64,000 nt of DNA from Clostridia bacterium (GTDB taxonomy: Bacteria > Bacillota > Clostridia > Lachnospirales > Lachnospiraceae): contig QKJQ01000023.1 in assembly GCA_003249225.1 (NCBI GenBank), positions 70,373 through 134,372 on the forward strand, in the 5' to 3' direction. The notes under the pieces are model-generated. The model ran no database searches and had not been told where the DNA came from. It was given only the letters and a program-made list of their open reading frames with translations. Made by a program: the position numbers and the translations under genes. Shown here in pieces: positions 48,385 to 56,910 of this stretch (position 1 is its first letter; every line of letters starts with the position of its first letter).

Positions 48385-48395
48385 ATTCATTGGTT

Positions 48396-48424
48396 ATAGT
48401 AAACTAACCGGTTGAAAATGTCAA
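48396..48424 (-). promoter_or_regulatory. feo operon promoter
   Basis: On the minus strand: TTGACA (48419-48424), 17 nt, TACTAT (48396-48401). Confidence 0.7.
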
Positions 48425-48463
48425 GTAAAAAATAAAATATGCTGTATCCTGGTCACAAACAAC

Positions 48464-48501
48464 AAAGAACAGCGTGCAATATTAATCACACGCTGTTCTT
48501 T
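48464..48501 (-). terminator. Terminator after the 5'-nucleotidase gene
   Basis: Perfect 13-bp arms aaagaacagcgtg / cacgctgttcttt with a 12-nt loop. T-rich sequence follows on the minus strand. Confidence 0.65.
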
Positions 48502-48553
48502 CGTTACCTTTATTTTTTCAATTATTCTTTACTATACGATTCTTTGTTACAGA

Positions 48554-50374
48554 TTATGCCTGTTTTCTTTTCTTTTCTGCAAGCACGATTCCTATTGCTG
48601 AGATTACAATAAAGCCAATTGCTGCATAAGGAAGTGAAGAATCGCCGGTTACCGGTACATCATCTGTTGTTCCAGCTTCTGCTGTATCTGTGGTATCGCC
48701 GGATGCTGCCGTAGCATCATCAATTATTGTAATTCTTCCATCGCCATATACATTTGAATAGGCATCGGATACTACGCCACCAAGGTAATCCTGAATATAA
48801 GTAATCAGAACCTGATTATCGATCATTACACTGTCCTGTAAGATAACATTGTCTGTGAACATGTTAATACCATCTCCAGCATTCTTCAGCATATAATCAT
48901 GAGAAGCAAGGGTATAGGTCGCTGTAAGATCAATAGCCACATATTCTCCTGAATTACTGTCAAGAACCATAACATCGCTAACCCTGCGTTCTCCTGACAC
49001 TTCAACGAACATTCCTTTATCATCCGTAACAACAGTGGAAGGGATAGCCGTGTTAATTGTATATTTCAGACCGGATACCTGAAGGAATCCGCCATTTTCA
49101 CCTACTCCTGCGTAACGTGAACTCATCTCCAGAGCATCAATGATTTCCTGTCCTGTTGCTTCCACAACACACAAGGCATTACCAAATGGATGAACACTGA
49201 TTACATTATTGTATGTAATATCTCCAGCTTCTACGTCCACACGGATACCACCACCATTTACAAAGCTTATGTCAGCACCAGACGTCAAGCGGTAGGCATC
49301 TGCGCAAAGATCACCAAGATTCGTTTCCTGGCTTCTGATCATACGGTTTCCTGTCGCAGGATCTGTAATACAAAGCCTTACATCTGTAGTTGCAACCACT
49401 TCATTTAACATATCAGCATACTGTGCTTCAATTCCTGCAATAAAATCTGCAGTTTCTGCATCGCTGTCAGTATAATCATTTACAAGTTCTGTGTATACGG
49501 TTCCATCAGTTTCAATCGTTAATTTACCGATGGATGCAAGTTTTGTTCCGGTAGAAGTAAGAATAACCGTATCTCCATTTTTATCAAGAACACCATCACC
49601 TTCGATTGTACTATGGGAATGGCCATCAAGTACAACGTCAAGGCCGGTTGTATTTGCGATTACTTCCTCTGAGGTCCATGGAGAACTCTGCACATCAATA
49701 CCAAGATGAGCCACGGCTATAATATAGTCTGCTCCATCTGCAAGAGCTGCATCAATGTTAGCCTGTACTTCATCATACAAATCCTGTCCGTTATTTCCCT
49801 CACAGAATGAGTAAATGTAATTTCCAGAAGCATCCTGAAAATACTTCGGTGTTGATTTTGAGAATGTCTCGGGTGTATCAATACCGATATAAGCAACTTT
49901 TACATCACCATAGGTTACGATCGTATATGGGTCAAATACAGTATCTCCAGTTACAAGAGATTTGAAATTGCTGCAGATATACTTGTAATTAGCAGCCGGA
50001 ACAATCACATTCAAGAACTGGTCCATGCCATAATCAAAATCATGATTTCCTGGTACTGCCAGATCATAACCTGTCTGATTCATAATATCAACAATATAGG
50101 AACCCTTTGATAATGTTCCGATTGCTGCTCCCTGAATCGCATCACCACAGTCAACCAATGTTACATAATTGTACTCAGCCTGCATAGCCTTCTTATATGC
50201 AGCAACGGTTGCATAGCCTAACGATGTGTCCGATGCATCCACCGCACAGTGAACATCATTGGTATACAGTATTACAATGTCATCGGAAGCTGCTGCCTGT
50301 GCCTGCACAGCTGGTAAAGAGAACATGGATACAATTAACGCTGCGCACAAGAATAGTGATTTGAACTTTTTCAT
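48554..50374 (-). CDS. Secreted bifunctional metallophosphatase / 5'-nucleotidase with a C-terminal sorting-signal-like anchor
   Basis: Signal peptide. Metallophosphatase motifs NDVH, GDAIQG and GNHDFD. A 5'-nucleotidase C-terminal domain. The tail VPVTGD plus a hydrophobic helix plus KKRKQA. Confidence 0.85.
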   Translation of the reverse strand: MKKFKSLFLCAALIVSMFSLPAVQAQAAASDDIVILYTNDVHCAVDASDTSLGYATVAAYKKAMQAEYNYVTLVDCGDAIQGAAIGTLSKGSYIVDIMNQTGYDLAVPGNHDFDYGMDQFLNVIVPAANYKYICSNFKSLVTGDTVFDPYTIVTYGDVKVAYIGIDTPETFSKSTPKYFQDASGNYIYSFCEGNNGQDLYDEVQANIDAALADGADYIIAVAHLGIDVQSSPWTSEEVIANTTGLDVVLDGHSHSTIEGDGVLDKNGDTVILTSTGTKLASIGKLTIETDGTVYTELVNDYTDSDAETADFIAGIEAQYADMLNEVVATTDVRLCITDPATGNRMIRSQETNLGDLCADAYRLTSGADISFVNGGGIRVDVEAGDITYNNVISVHPFGNALCVVEATGQEIIDALEMSSRYAGVGENGGFLQVSGLKYTINTAIPSTVVTDDKGMFVEVSGERRVSDVMVLDSNSGEYVAIDLTATYTLASHDYMLKNAGDGINMFTDNVILQDSVMIDNQVLITYIQDYLGGVVSDAYSNVYGDGRITIIDDATAASGDTTDTAEAGTTDDVPVTGDSSLPYAAIGFIVISAIGIVLAEKKRKQA

Positions 50375-50619
50375 ATACTACCTCCTTAGTATTATACTGC
50401 AAATTTTTATGCAGATGGCAATAGATTCTGCACTGATCAACCATAAACACTGACAAGCATACAAAAACGCAAATTCTTCTTTGCTTTTCATGGTTAGATT
50501 ATGCTTTTTCTATTTTTATGCCGTAATAATATTGTAGCATATGCATTTGTAAAATAAAAGTTGAAGTTTAGTTAAATATTGTGTTATTTTTCAGTATCCT
50601 GCCATTATTCTGTATCTTC

Positions 50620-53283
50620 TTACGCTTTATCAACATATAGTTCAACATTTATACTGACAGGCAGAATACCATCATCTGCTGTAAAGGTGACTTGATATGG
50701 CTCATTCCTTGCATCTTCTTCCTTTGTCTTCCAGAATACAGTTACTGGATTTCCGGGATAGAATTCTGAAGTATTACATTCGGCCCCTAATGGAAGTCCT
50801 GTACAGAAAAGCTTCATAGGCTTGTCGATCCCGTTTACAAGCTGTTCACCTGATTTTACAGTTTCATTATATATTTTACTCTCTGCTTCAAGCTGGCAAG
50901 CCTCAAAAGCCGGCTGTCTTGCCGTGATATTAATGTTGAACGCTTCTCCTGCTCTGACCCTTTGCTCCGGAACAGGATGAAAGAACGGACGGAATACGGT
51001 CTGTAATGCAGTAACATCCAGATCCGGCTCTTCTTCCTGAAAACCATTTTCCAGCGTTGCTGCTGTTGGATAAGGATACAGACTGTCCGGCGGTGTTCCC
51101 GGTGCCGGTGCCTCTACTACTTTTTCACAAACAGTAAGTTCTTTTGACAGTTCAAACGCTGACACCGATGTTTCTGAATAGGATTCTTCCGGCACATAAT
51201 CAAAACCGGCAGGACGTTTATATTTCTGCGTGACCAGCACGACATCTTCCAGCCCCTTTGCATGTTTCACATTACAATGTTGCAGTGCTCCTCCTGTAAC
51301 ATCATCAAGTACGATTGGATATCTTGTATCTTCTGTCAGGTATGTAAAATCTATCTTTTCCATGTACAGGTTTTTTACATGCCGGGCAAACAGTCCATAG
51401 GCAGGTAAAATACCAAAGTTACTGGGTTCAGGATAAACATCCGGCACCTCAGGAATCAGAAAAGGTTCGGCTATCCACTTGTTCTCCTCCTTGTTCCATA
51501 CCATTCTTGGCAGCAGACCCTCATGCTTTAGAAAGAATGTATTTACAAGCCATGGAAGTGTCTGTACCGATTTTTTCGTTCCTCCTGATGAATAACTCCA
51601 GTTCGTGTTGACCTGTCTTTGGAGACTCGCCTCCTTCAGGTTCAGACCTCCTCTGTATTCAACACTAACATTTTCGATCCATACATTATAGATGGGACTT
51701 CCCATAAGGCCCATGATTTCAATTGGATACCTTGGGTCAGCATTCTTCACCGTTATGTTACTGATTCTTATATCATGAACAGAAGCAATTCTTTCACTGC
51801 CACTGCCATTGGCATACAGACAAAGATCATGTTCCTTTAGCTCTTTGCTGTAATCCGTAACATACTTTCTAGTCTTTGAATCATACATAATTCCAAAATA
51901 ACGATCGCCTTCTTTTCTAAAGTTTGCAGGGTTCGTCTGACAGGGATTCTTCTGATCAACTATGGTATAAGGAAGACTTCCCTTTGGATTTACGGTCGTT
52001 TTATAATTATAGGAAGGCAGATAACGTTTTACCGGATACTCCTGGTAACCTTCCACAGCCGGAAGAATCCATTCCTGATGATCCAGTCTTACATTACTTT
52101 TATTCTTATCCGCCACCGGAAAATCCTCCGATGTGCTGTTGCCGGTTACCGGGAATCGTCCCCTGTCACCGGTACGAATAAAAATCGGTGAACTGCTGAC
52201 ATCTTCCATCGTTGAATCTTCAAATATAATATGACTCAGATCGGAACCATCCACTGCTTCAAGTGCAAATCCTCTGGACCTCTTAAAAAGTACGCGCCGA
52301 ACCGTTACCTGTTCATAACCACAGGTCGATTCTGTACCAAGTTTTACTCTGCCGGTCGGGCCACACCGGTCCGTAGCAATCAGCTTATCTGTTGTAAAGG
52401 TCTTATGGTAAACGGAACCGCAGTCATACCCACAGACCATACAATCCTCCACAAGTACATTTTTCAAAGGCATAAATTTTTCACCGCCATAGGATGCTTT
52501 TAAAACTATCGCATCATCGGTCAGTGAATTAAATACAGAATTGGTTATTGTAACATTCTGGCAACAGTCAACATCAAGTGCATCCCTGTTCGTATCGACT
52601 AACAGTTCATCAATCAGCAGGTTGGTAACGCAGGTTGCAAGTATGGCAAAGTGACCTCCGGCAACTATGGAAATACCGCACATGGCGATTTTCTCACAAT
52701 CCACCAGGCCTATGGCTTTGTTACCGAACCATTTGCCTAAATGTCCCTTCTCAGAACGTTTCTGAGGAACATCCGGATCTCCGCCAAGCAGGACGTTTTC
52801 AATTTCCCCGTTTTCATTGATTCTGCTGCCATCAATCAAGCCTTTTCCATAGATCATAACATCTTCTATTCCGGTGCCATACAACAGACTGTTGGCAAGA
52901 TAGGTATGCCCGTGATCCTGTATACCTACATAACGGTTTACTTCCGGTTCTTCGTAATTGCCGCCTTCACTGTCCTGATCCTGATAGAATCCTTTAATCT
53001 CTGTTTTTGCGGCCAGAAGCACGCTTCCTTCCAAGAGCAGCAGATTGACATGACTTTTTAATTTTACTGTATAGACCAAAAATTCACCCTCCGGTATAAC
53101 TACAGTTCCGCCGGTTTGTGAAGCATTTTCAATCGCTTTGTTTATTGCTATTGTATTCTCGACAGGGCCTTTGTCAGTTCCTGCTCCAAATTCTCTGATG
53201 TCAATCATTCTGTTTTCTTTCAAAAACTCAGACTTTTTGAACGGGCAGCCGGATGCCACATGAATCATTGATTTTGATACCAT
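50620..53283 (-). CDS. Large cytoplasmic right-handed beta-helix protein (GH28 / pectate-lyase-3-like)
   Basis: The N-terminal IDIREFGAGTDKGPVENTIAINKAIENASQTGGTVVIPEGEF is typical of pectate_lyase_3/GH28-related proteins. There is no signal peptide. The ATG at 53283 has SD AGAGAGGG. Confidence 0.55.
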   Translation of the reverse strand: MVSKSMIHVASGCPFKKSEFLKENRMIDIREFGAGTDKGPVENTIAINKAIENASQTGGTVVIPEGEFLVYTVKLKSHVNLLLLEGSVLLAAKTEIKGFYQDQDSEGGNYEEPEVNRYVGIQDHGHTYLANSLLYGTGIEDVMIYGKGLIDGSRINENGEIENVLLGGDPDVPQKRSEKGHLGKWFGNKAIGLVDCEKIAMCGISIVAGGHFAILATCVTNLLIDELLVDTNRDALDVDCCQNVTITNSVFNSLTDDAIVLKASYGGEKFMPLKNVLVEDCMVCGYDCGSVYHKTFTTDKLIATDRCGPTGRVKLGTESTCGYEQVTVRRVLFKRSRGFALEAVDGSDLSHIIFEDSTMEDVSSSPIFIRTGDRGRFPVTGNSTSEDFPVADKNKSNVRLDHQEWILPAVEGYQEYPVKRYLPSYNYKTTVNPKGSLPYTIVDQKNPCQTNPANFRKEGDRYFGIMYDSKTRKYVTDYSKELKEHDLCLYANGSGSERIASVHDIRISNITVKNADPRYPIEIMGLMGSPIYNVWIENVSVEYRGGLNLKEASLQRQVNTNWSYSSGGTKKSVQTLPWLVNTFFLKHEGLLPRMVWNKEENKWIAEPFLIPEVPDVYPEPSNFGILPAYGLFARHVKNLYMEKIDFTYLTEDTRYPIVLDDVTGGALQHCNVKHAKGLEDVVLVTQKYKRPAGFDYVPEESYSETSVSAFELSKELTVCEKVVEAPAPGTPPDSLYPYPTAATLENGFQEEEPDLDVTALQTVFRPFFHPVPEQRVRAGEAFNINITARQPAFEACQLEAESKIYNETVKSGEQLVNGIDKPMKLFCTGLPLGAECNTSEFYPGNPVTVFWKTKEEDARNEPYQVTFTADDGILPVSINVELYVDKA

Positions 53284-53302
53284 AATGTTCCCTCTTTCTC
53301 TT

Positions 53303-53446
53303 TCATTTTTTAACAAAACACTCTATCCTTTTCGTATAAAAGCCTTGTATCGTTTCTTCTTTAGATTGTACCATCTCATCCCATAAAGTCAAAGCATTCT
53401 TCATTAAGAAACACGCAATAACGACCCAATCGCAAAAACCTTTCAT
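53303..53446 (-). CDS. Candidate 47-aa small protein (MKGFCDWVVIACFLMKNALTLWDEMVQSKEETIQGFYTKRIECFVKK)
   Basis: Hand translation. SD GAAGGAG lies 6 nt before the ATG at 53446. The stop is 17 nt before the GH28-like start. The ORF is below the ORF-track size cutoff. Confidence 0.35.
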   Translation of the reverse strand: MKGFCDWVVIACFLMKNALTLWDEMVQSKEETIQGFYTKRIECFVKK

Positions 53447-53526
53447 CGATCACTCCTTCAGGCGCATTTGTAAATATGATTTATCGAGCAATCCTATCCT
53501 TCTTAAATAATTACCAATTTTACTGC

Positions 53527-53555
53527 TTGTTAACACTGGGAGATTCCAGTATAAT
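53527..53555 (+). promoter_or_regulatory. Promoter of the FrhB-like gene
   Basis: TTGTTA (53527-53532), 17 nt, TATAAT (53550-53555). Confidence 0.5.
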
Positions 53556-53630
53556 ATCTGCAGTGTCATGATACAAAAGTCTAACGGTAAAATGCCTTTT
53601 TACCCAACCATCATGTCATAAAGCAAACAT

Positions 53631-54788
53631 ATGAAAATGAGGTATTATCCCTTGATAACAATAAGCAATAAAAAAGATTGTTCCGGCTGTCATGCCTGTG
53701 CCTCCATCTGTCCAAAGCAATGTATAAGCATGGAACCGGATTCCGAAGGTTTTTGGTATCCTGTTGTTGATGCAGCAAAATGTATTTCATGCGAAGCATG
53801 TATAAAAGTATGTCCAGTTCTTAATCACACGGTACCAGAGCACGAACCGGCTGCCTATGCCTGTTATAACAAAAATGGCAAGACCAGACAATACAGCTCT
53901 TCCGGCGGTATCTTCACAATTATGGCAAAGCAGGTACTATGGAATGGCGGAATTGTTTTTGGCGCGAGCTACAATGAAGCCATGGAGGTCGTGCATACCT
54001 ACACCGACAATACGGAGGATCTGAAAAAGTTCCGTGGTTCAAAATATGTACAGAGCAGAATCGGAGACGCATACCGTCAGGCAAAAGAATTTCTCCTGCA
54101 GGGCAGAAATGTTCTTTTTTCCGGCACACCATGTCAGATCAGCGGTTTAAAATCTTATCTTGGAAAACCCTATTCCGGTCTCCTATGTGTTGATCTTATC
54201 TGTCATGGCGTCCCTTCTCCAAAGGTATTGAGAAAATACATAACCCGTCAGGAAGAACTATCCGAACGGACTATCACACGCATCGCTTTCCGAAACAAAA
54301 AAACCGGTTGGAAACAATCCTGTGTACTGACGGAATATTCAGACGGAACAAAATCATACCAAAAAAGTGCAGTAAATCTTTATATGAAGTTGTATCGCAG
54401 GAACATCATGCTTCGTCCCTCCTGTTATTCTTGTGTACACAAGCAGGCTGCACGTGAAAGCGACATCACAATCGCCGACTTCTGGGGAATACAGCATCTG
54501 CTCCCTGAGATGGATGATGATAAGGGTACTTCCCTTTTACTTGTCCAGAGTGAAGCCGGAAGAAAAATGTTTGAAATGATCCATGAATTCATCCATGAGA
54601 AAGAAGTTCTGCTAAAAGATGCATTGGCATACAATCGTTCCGCCATCCGTTCGACGGCTTGCCACCCTAAACGAGAGTTTTTCTTTGAAAAGCTTGACTC
54701 GATGCCATTGCATGAACTCGTAAGTCTTTGCTTGAAACCAAATGAGATCGAACTGCCAGATGCAGCTGAATCCATGGAAGAATCATAA
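53631..54788 (+). CDS. FrhB-like protein (N-terminal 2x[4Fe-4S] module plus a coenzyme F420 hydrogenase/dehydrogenase beta-subunit-like domain)
   Basis: CSGCHACASICP and CISCEACIKVCP motifs. The downstream layout (SSSGGIFT, GTPCQI, CHGVPS, ADFWG) is that of bacterial FrhB-family proteins. Confidence 0.65.
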   Translation: MKMRYYPLITISNKKDCSGCHACASICPKQCISMEPDSEGFWYPVVDAAKCISCEACIKVCPVLNHTVPEHEPAAYACYNKNGKTRQYSSSGGIFTIMAKQVLWNGGIVFGASYNEAMEVVHTYTDNTEDLKKFRGSKYVQSRIGDAYRQAKEFLLQGRNVLFSGTPCQISGLKSYLGKPYSGLLCVDLICHGVPSPKVLRKYITRQEELSERTITRIAFRNKKTGWKQSCVLTEYSDGTKSYQKSAVNLYMKLYRRNIMLRPSCYSCVHKQAARESDITIADFWGIQHLLPEMDDDKGTSLLLVQSEAGRKMFEMIHEFIHEKEVLLKDALAYNRSAIRSTACHPKREFFFEKLDSMPLHELVSLCLKPNEIELPDAAESMEES

Positions 54789-54804
54789 AATAACAGATAA
54801 AAAA

Positions 54805-54839
54805 AGTATGGAGCATTTTCGTTTCGAATGCTCCATACT
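54805..54839. terminator. Bidirectional rho-independent terminator (FrhB-like gene and the tRNA operon)
   Basis: 13-bp arms agtatggagcatt / aatgctccatact, flanked by an A-run and a T-run. Confidence 0.85.
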
Positions 54840-54845
54840 TTTTTA

Positions 54846-54925
<80 letters not shown>

Positions 54926-54988
54926 CTATATGCTTTTGTCTAAAAAAGCGCCACATCCCAACGTTGGAACCTGCGCTTACCAAAGACA

Positions 54989-55061
54989 TGAGACATCCGG
55001 GATTCGAACCCGGGACAACTTGATTAAAAGTCAAGTGCTCTACCAACTGAGCTAATATCCC
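54989..55061 (-). tRNA. tRNA-Lys: tRNA-Lys (anticodon UUU)
   Basis: Acceptor GGGATAT/ATGTCTC (two G-U pairs), anticodon stem CTTGA/TCAAG with loop CTTTTAA, T arm CCGGG-TTCGAAT-CCCGG. Confidence 0.85.
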
Positions 55062-55079
55062 AGAATAATAAAATGCTGA

Positions 55080-55151
55080 CTGGGCTAGCTGGATTTGAAC
55101 CAGCGAATGCAGGAGTCAAAGTCCTGTGCCTTACCGCTTGGCGATAGCCCA
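55080..55151 (-). tRNA. tRNA-Gln: tRNA-Gln (anticodon UUG)
   Basis: Acceptor TGGGCTA/TAGCCCA, anticodon stem CAGGA/TCCTG with loop CTTTGAC, T loop TTCAAAT. Confidence 0.85.
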
Positions 55152-55155
55152 AAAG

Positions 55156-55187
55156 TTCAAAAAAGTCTTTTGCAAGCAAAAGACTTT
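55156..55187 (-). terminator. Terminator-like hairpin inside the tRNA operon (between tRNA-His and tRNA-Gln)
   Basis: On the minus strand: an 11-bp AU-rich stem aaagtcttttg / caaaagacttt with loop cttg, running into a T6 tract. Confidence 0.4.
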
Positions 55188-55217
55188 ATCAGCAAATCGA
55201 ACGTCAGAACTTGCTAG

Positions 55218-55292
55218 GGTGGGTAGAGGGGTTCGAACCCTCGACCTCCAGAACCACAATCTGGCGCGCTAACCAACTGTGCCACACCCACC
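55218..55292 (-). tRNA. tRNA-His: tRNA-His (anticodon GUG) with an encoded G-1
   Basis: An extra 5' G pairs with C73. Acceptor GTGGGTG/TACCCAC, anticodon loop TTGTGGT, T arm GAGGG-TTCGAAC-CCCTC. Confidence 0.85.
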
Positions 55293-55306
55293 ATATAATA
55301 TTAAGA

Positions 55307-55380
55307 CGTGCCAGAAGGGATTCGAACCCCCGACAAACGGCTTAGAAGGCCGTTGCTCTATCCAGCTGAGCTACTAGCAC
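55307..55380 (-). tRNA. tRNA-Arg: tRNA-Arg (anticodon UCU)
   Basis: Acceptor GTGCTAG/CTGGCAC, anticodon stem ACGGC/GCCGT with loop CTTCTAA, T loop TTCGAAT. Confidence 0.8.
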
Positions 55381-55420
55381 TTAGTGGCTTTCGCACTTAC
55401 TTGAAAAAAAACATTCAAGA

Positions 55421-55491
55421 AGCGGGTGATGGGAATCGAACCCACGTATCTAGCTTGGAAGGCTAGTGTTCTACCATTGAACTACACCCGC
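55421..55491 (-). tRNA. tRNA-Gly: tRNA-Gly (anticodon UCC)
   Basis: Acceptor GCGGGTG/CACCCGC, anticodon stem CTAGC/GCTAG with loop CTTCCAA, T loop TTCGATT. Confidence 0.85.
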
Positions 55492-55528
55492 ACGTTTATT
55501 ACAAATCTAAGTCAATTATGAAGTTGAG

Positions 55529-55603
55529 TCGGGGTGACAGGATTCGAACCTGCGACCTCTTGATCCCAAATCAAGCACGCTAGCCAAACTGCGCTACACC
55601 CCG
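55529..55603 (-). tRNA. tRNA-Pro: tRNA-Pro (anticodon UGG)
   Basis: Acceptor CGGGGTG/CACCCCG, anticodon stem CTTGA/TCAAG with loop TTTGGGA, T arm GCAGG-TTCGAAT-CCTGT. Confidence 0.85.
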
Positions 55604-55657
55604 TTTCACTGGGACCAGTGTTATTTCTGTTACGTCTGTTCCCTTGACGCATGGTAT

Positions 55658-55686
55658 ATTATATCTAAGGATTTACTAGTTGTCAA
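55658..55686 (-). promoter_or_regulatory. Consensus sigma-A promoter of the 7-tRNA operon
   Basis: On the minus strand: TTGACA (55681-55686), 17 nt, TATAAT (55658-55663). An A/T-rich UP-like tract precedes it. It lies about 50 nt upstream of tRNA-Pro. Confidence 0.8.
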
Positions 55687-55821
55687 CAGTTTTTTTGAAA
55701 ATAATTTTTTTATTTTTGCAAATAAACATTCTTTATATACAAATATGTCAATAACCCTTGATTCTACTGCATTTTTCCTCTTTATCTGACTCTTAAAATA
55801 AGTGGTTTAAAAATGTTTCTG

Positions 55822-56304
55822 TCAAAACGAAAGACTTCGAAGCGTCACATGAGCCTCTCCCTGTTCATCTATATCCATTATTATGAAGGAAGGGCGACTG
55901 GAATTTCTTGGTAATGATAGGCTTCCAGGGTTTAGTACCCATACATCATCGGACAGATCCACAAGTGGGACATGAGTATGTCCGTACATGACTATATCTG
56001 CTCCTCTTTCCATTGCATGTCTTTTTATTATAAAAGGGCCTCCATGCACTGCATATTGATTTCCATGGGTCAACAGGGCAAGATGCTTTCCGAGAGGCAA
56101 CAGTATCTCTCTTGCATCCGAAGACATAAAATCATTGTTTCCCGCCACCACTTCCATAGGACAGTCGCATAATGCAGCAATGTAGTCCTTATCCCGACCG
56201 ATATCGCCAAGATGGATCAGCAGGTCAATTGGTCTGATCATATCCAGAACACGTTCAAGATTTGTACAATGTCCATGGGTATCACTAACAATTAATATTT
56301 TCAT
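55822..56304 (-). CDS. YfcE/MJ0936-family metallophosphoesterase (YsnB-like)
   Basis: Motifs VSDTHG, GDIG, GNND, GHTH. The start at 56304 overlaps the rdgB 3' end by 20 nt. Confidence 0.8.
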   Translation of the reverse strand: MKILIVSDTHGHCTNLERVLDMIRPIDLLIHLGDIGRDKDYIAALCDCPMEVVAGNNDFMSSDAREILLPLGKHLALLTHGNQYAVHGGPFIIKRHAMERGADIVMYGHTHVPLVDLSDDVWVLNPGSLSLPRNSSRPSFIIMDIDEQGEAHVTLRSLSF

Positions 56305-56893
56305 TCCACTCTCCAAGTTTTTCTTTCATAAGCGCAAGTGCTTTTCCCCGGTGACTGATTTCATTCTTTTGTTCCATGGATAATTCTGCTGAAGTACACC
56401 CATAGTCTGGCAGATAAAAAATCGGATCGTAACCAAACCCGTTATTCCCAGCCTGCTCATACCCAATGATTCCTTCAATGGTTGCTCTTGTCGTCATGCA
56501 TCTTCCGTCCGGAAGACAGCATGCAATAGCGCAGACGAACCGTGCCGTTCGTTCGCTTTCTTTAGCGTCTCTTAACTGATCGATAATATATTGATTCTTA
56601 ATATCGTACGATGTATTCTCGCCCATAAATCTGGCAGAATAAATGCCTGGCGCCTTATTCAGGTAGTCAACTTCAAGACCAGAATCATCCGCCAAAGTTA
56701 TCTCGCCTGATAATTTAGCAATTTCTTTCGCTTTAATCAAAGCATTTTCTTCAAATGTTTCACCGTCTTCAACAATATCTGCATTTATGCCGGCTTCTTT
56801 CAGTGAAAGCACTTCGTAGGTAAGGTCTTTTAAAATCATTCGAACTTCTTTCATTTTACCTTCGTTCGACGTTGCGAATATGATTTTTTTCAT
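56285..56893 (-). CDS. rdgB: Non-canonical purine NTP pyrophosphatase (RdgB/HAM1 family)
   Basis: MKKIIFATSNEGKMKE, FGYDPIF, SHRGKA. SD GGGAGGATGGAG precedes the ATG at 56893. The ORF-track N-terminal extension is translated repeat DNA. Confidence 0.9.
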   Translation of the reverse strand: MKKIIFATSNEGKMKEVRMILKDLTYEVLSLKEAGINADIVEDGETFEENALIKAKEIAKLSGEITLADDSGLEVDYLNKAPGIYSARFMGENTSYDIKNQYIIDQLRDAKESERTARFVCAIACCLPDGRCMTTRATIEGIIGYEQAGNNGFGYDPIFYLPDYGCTSAELSMEQKNEISHRGKALALMKEKLGEWNENINC

Positions 56894-56910
56894 CGGTATC
56901 TCCATCCTCC

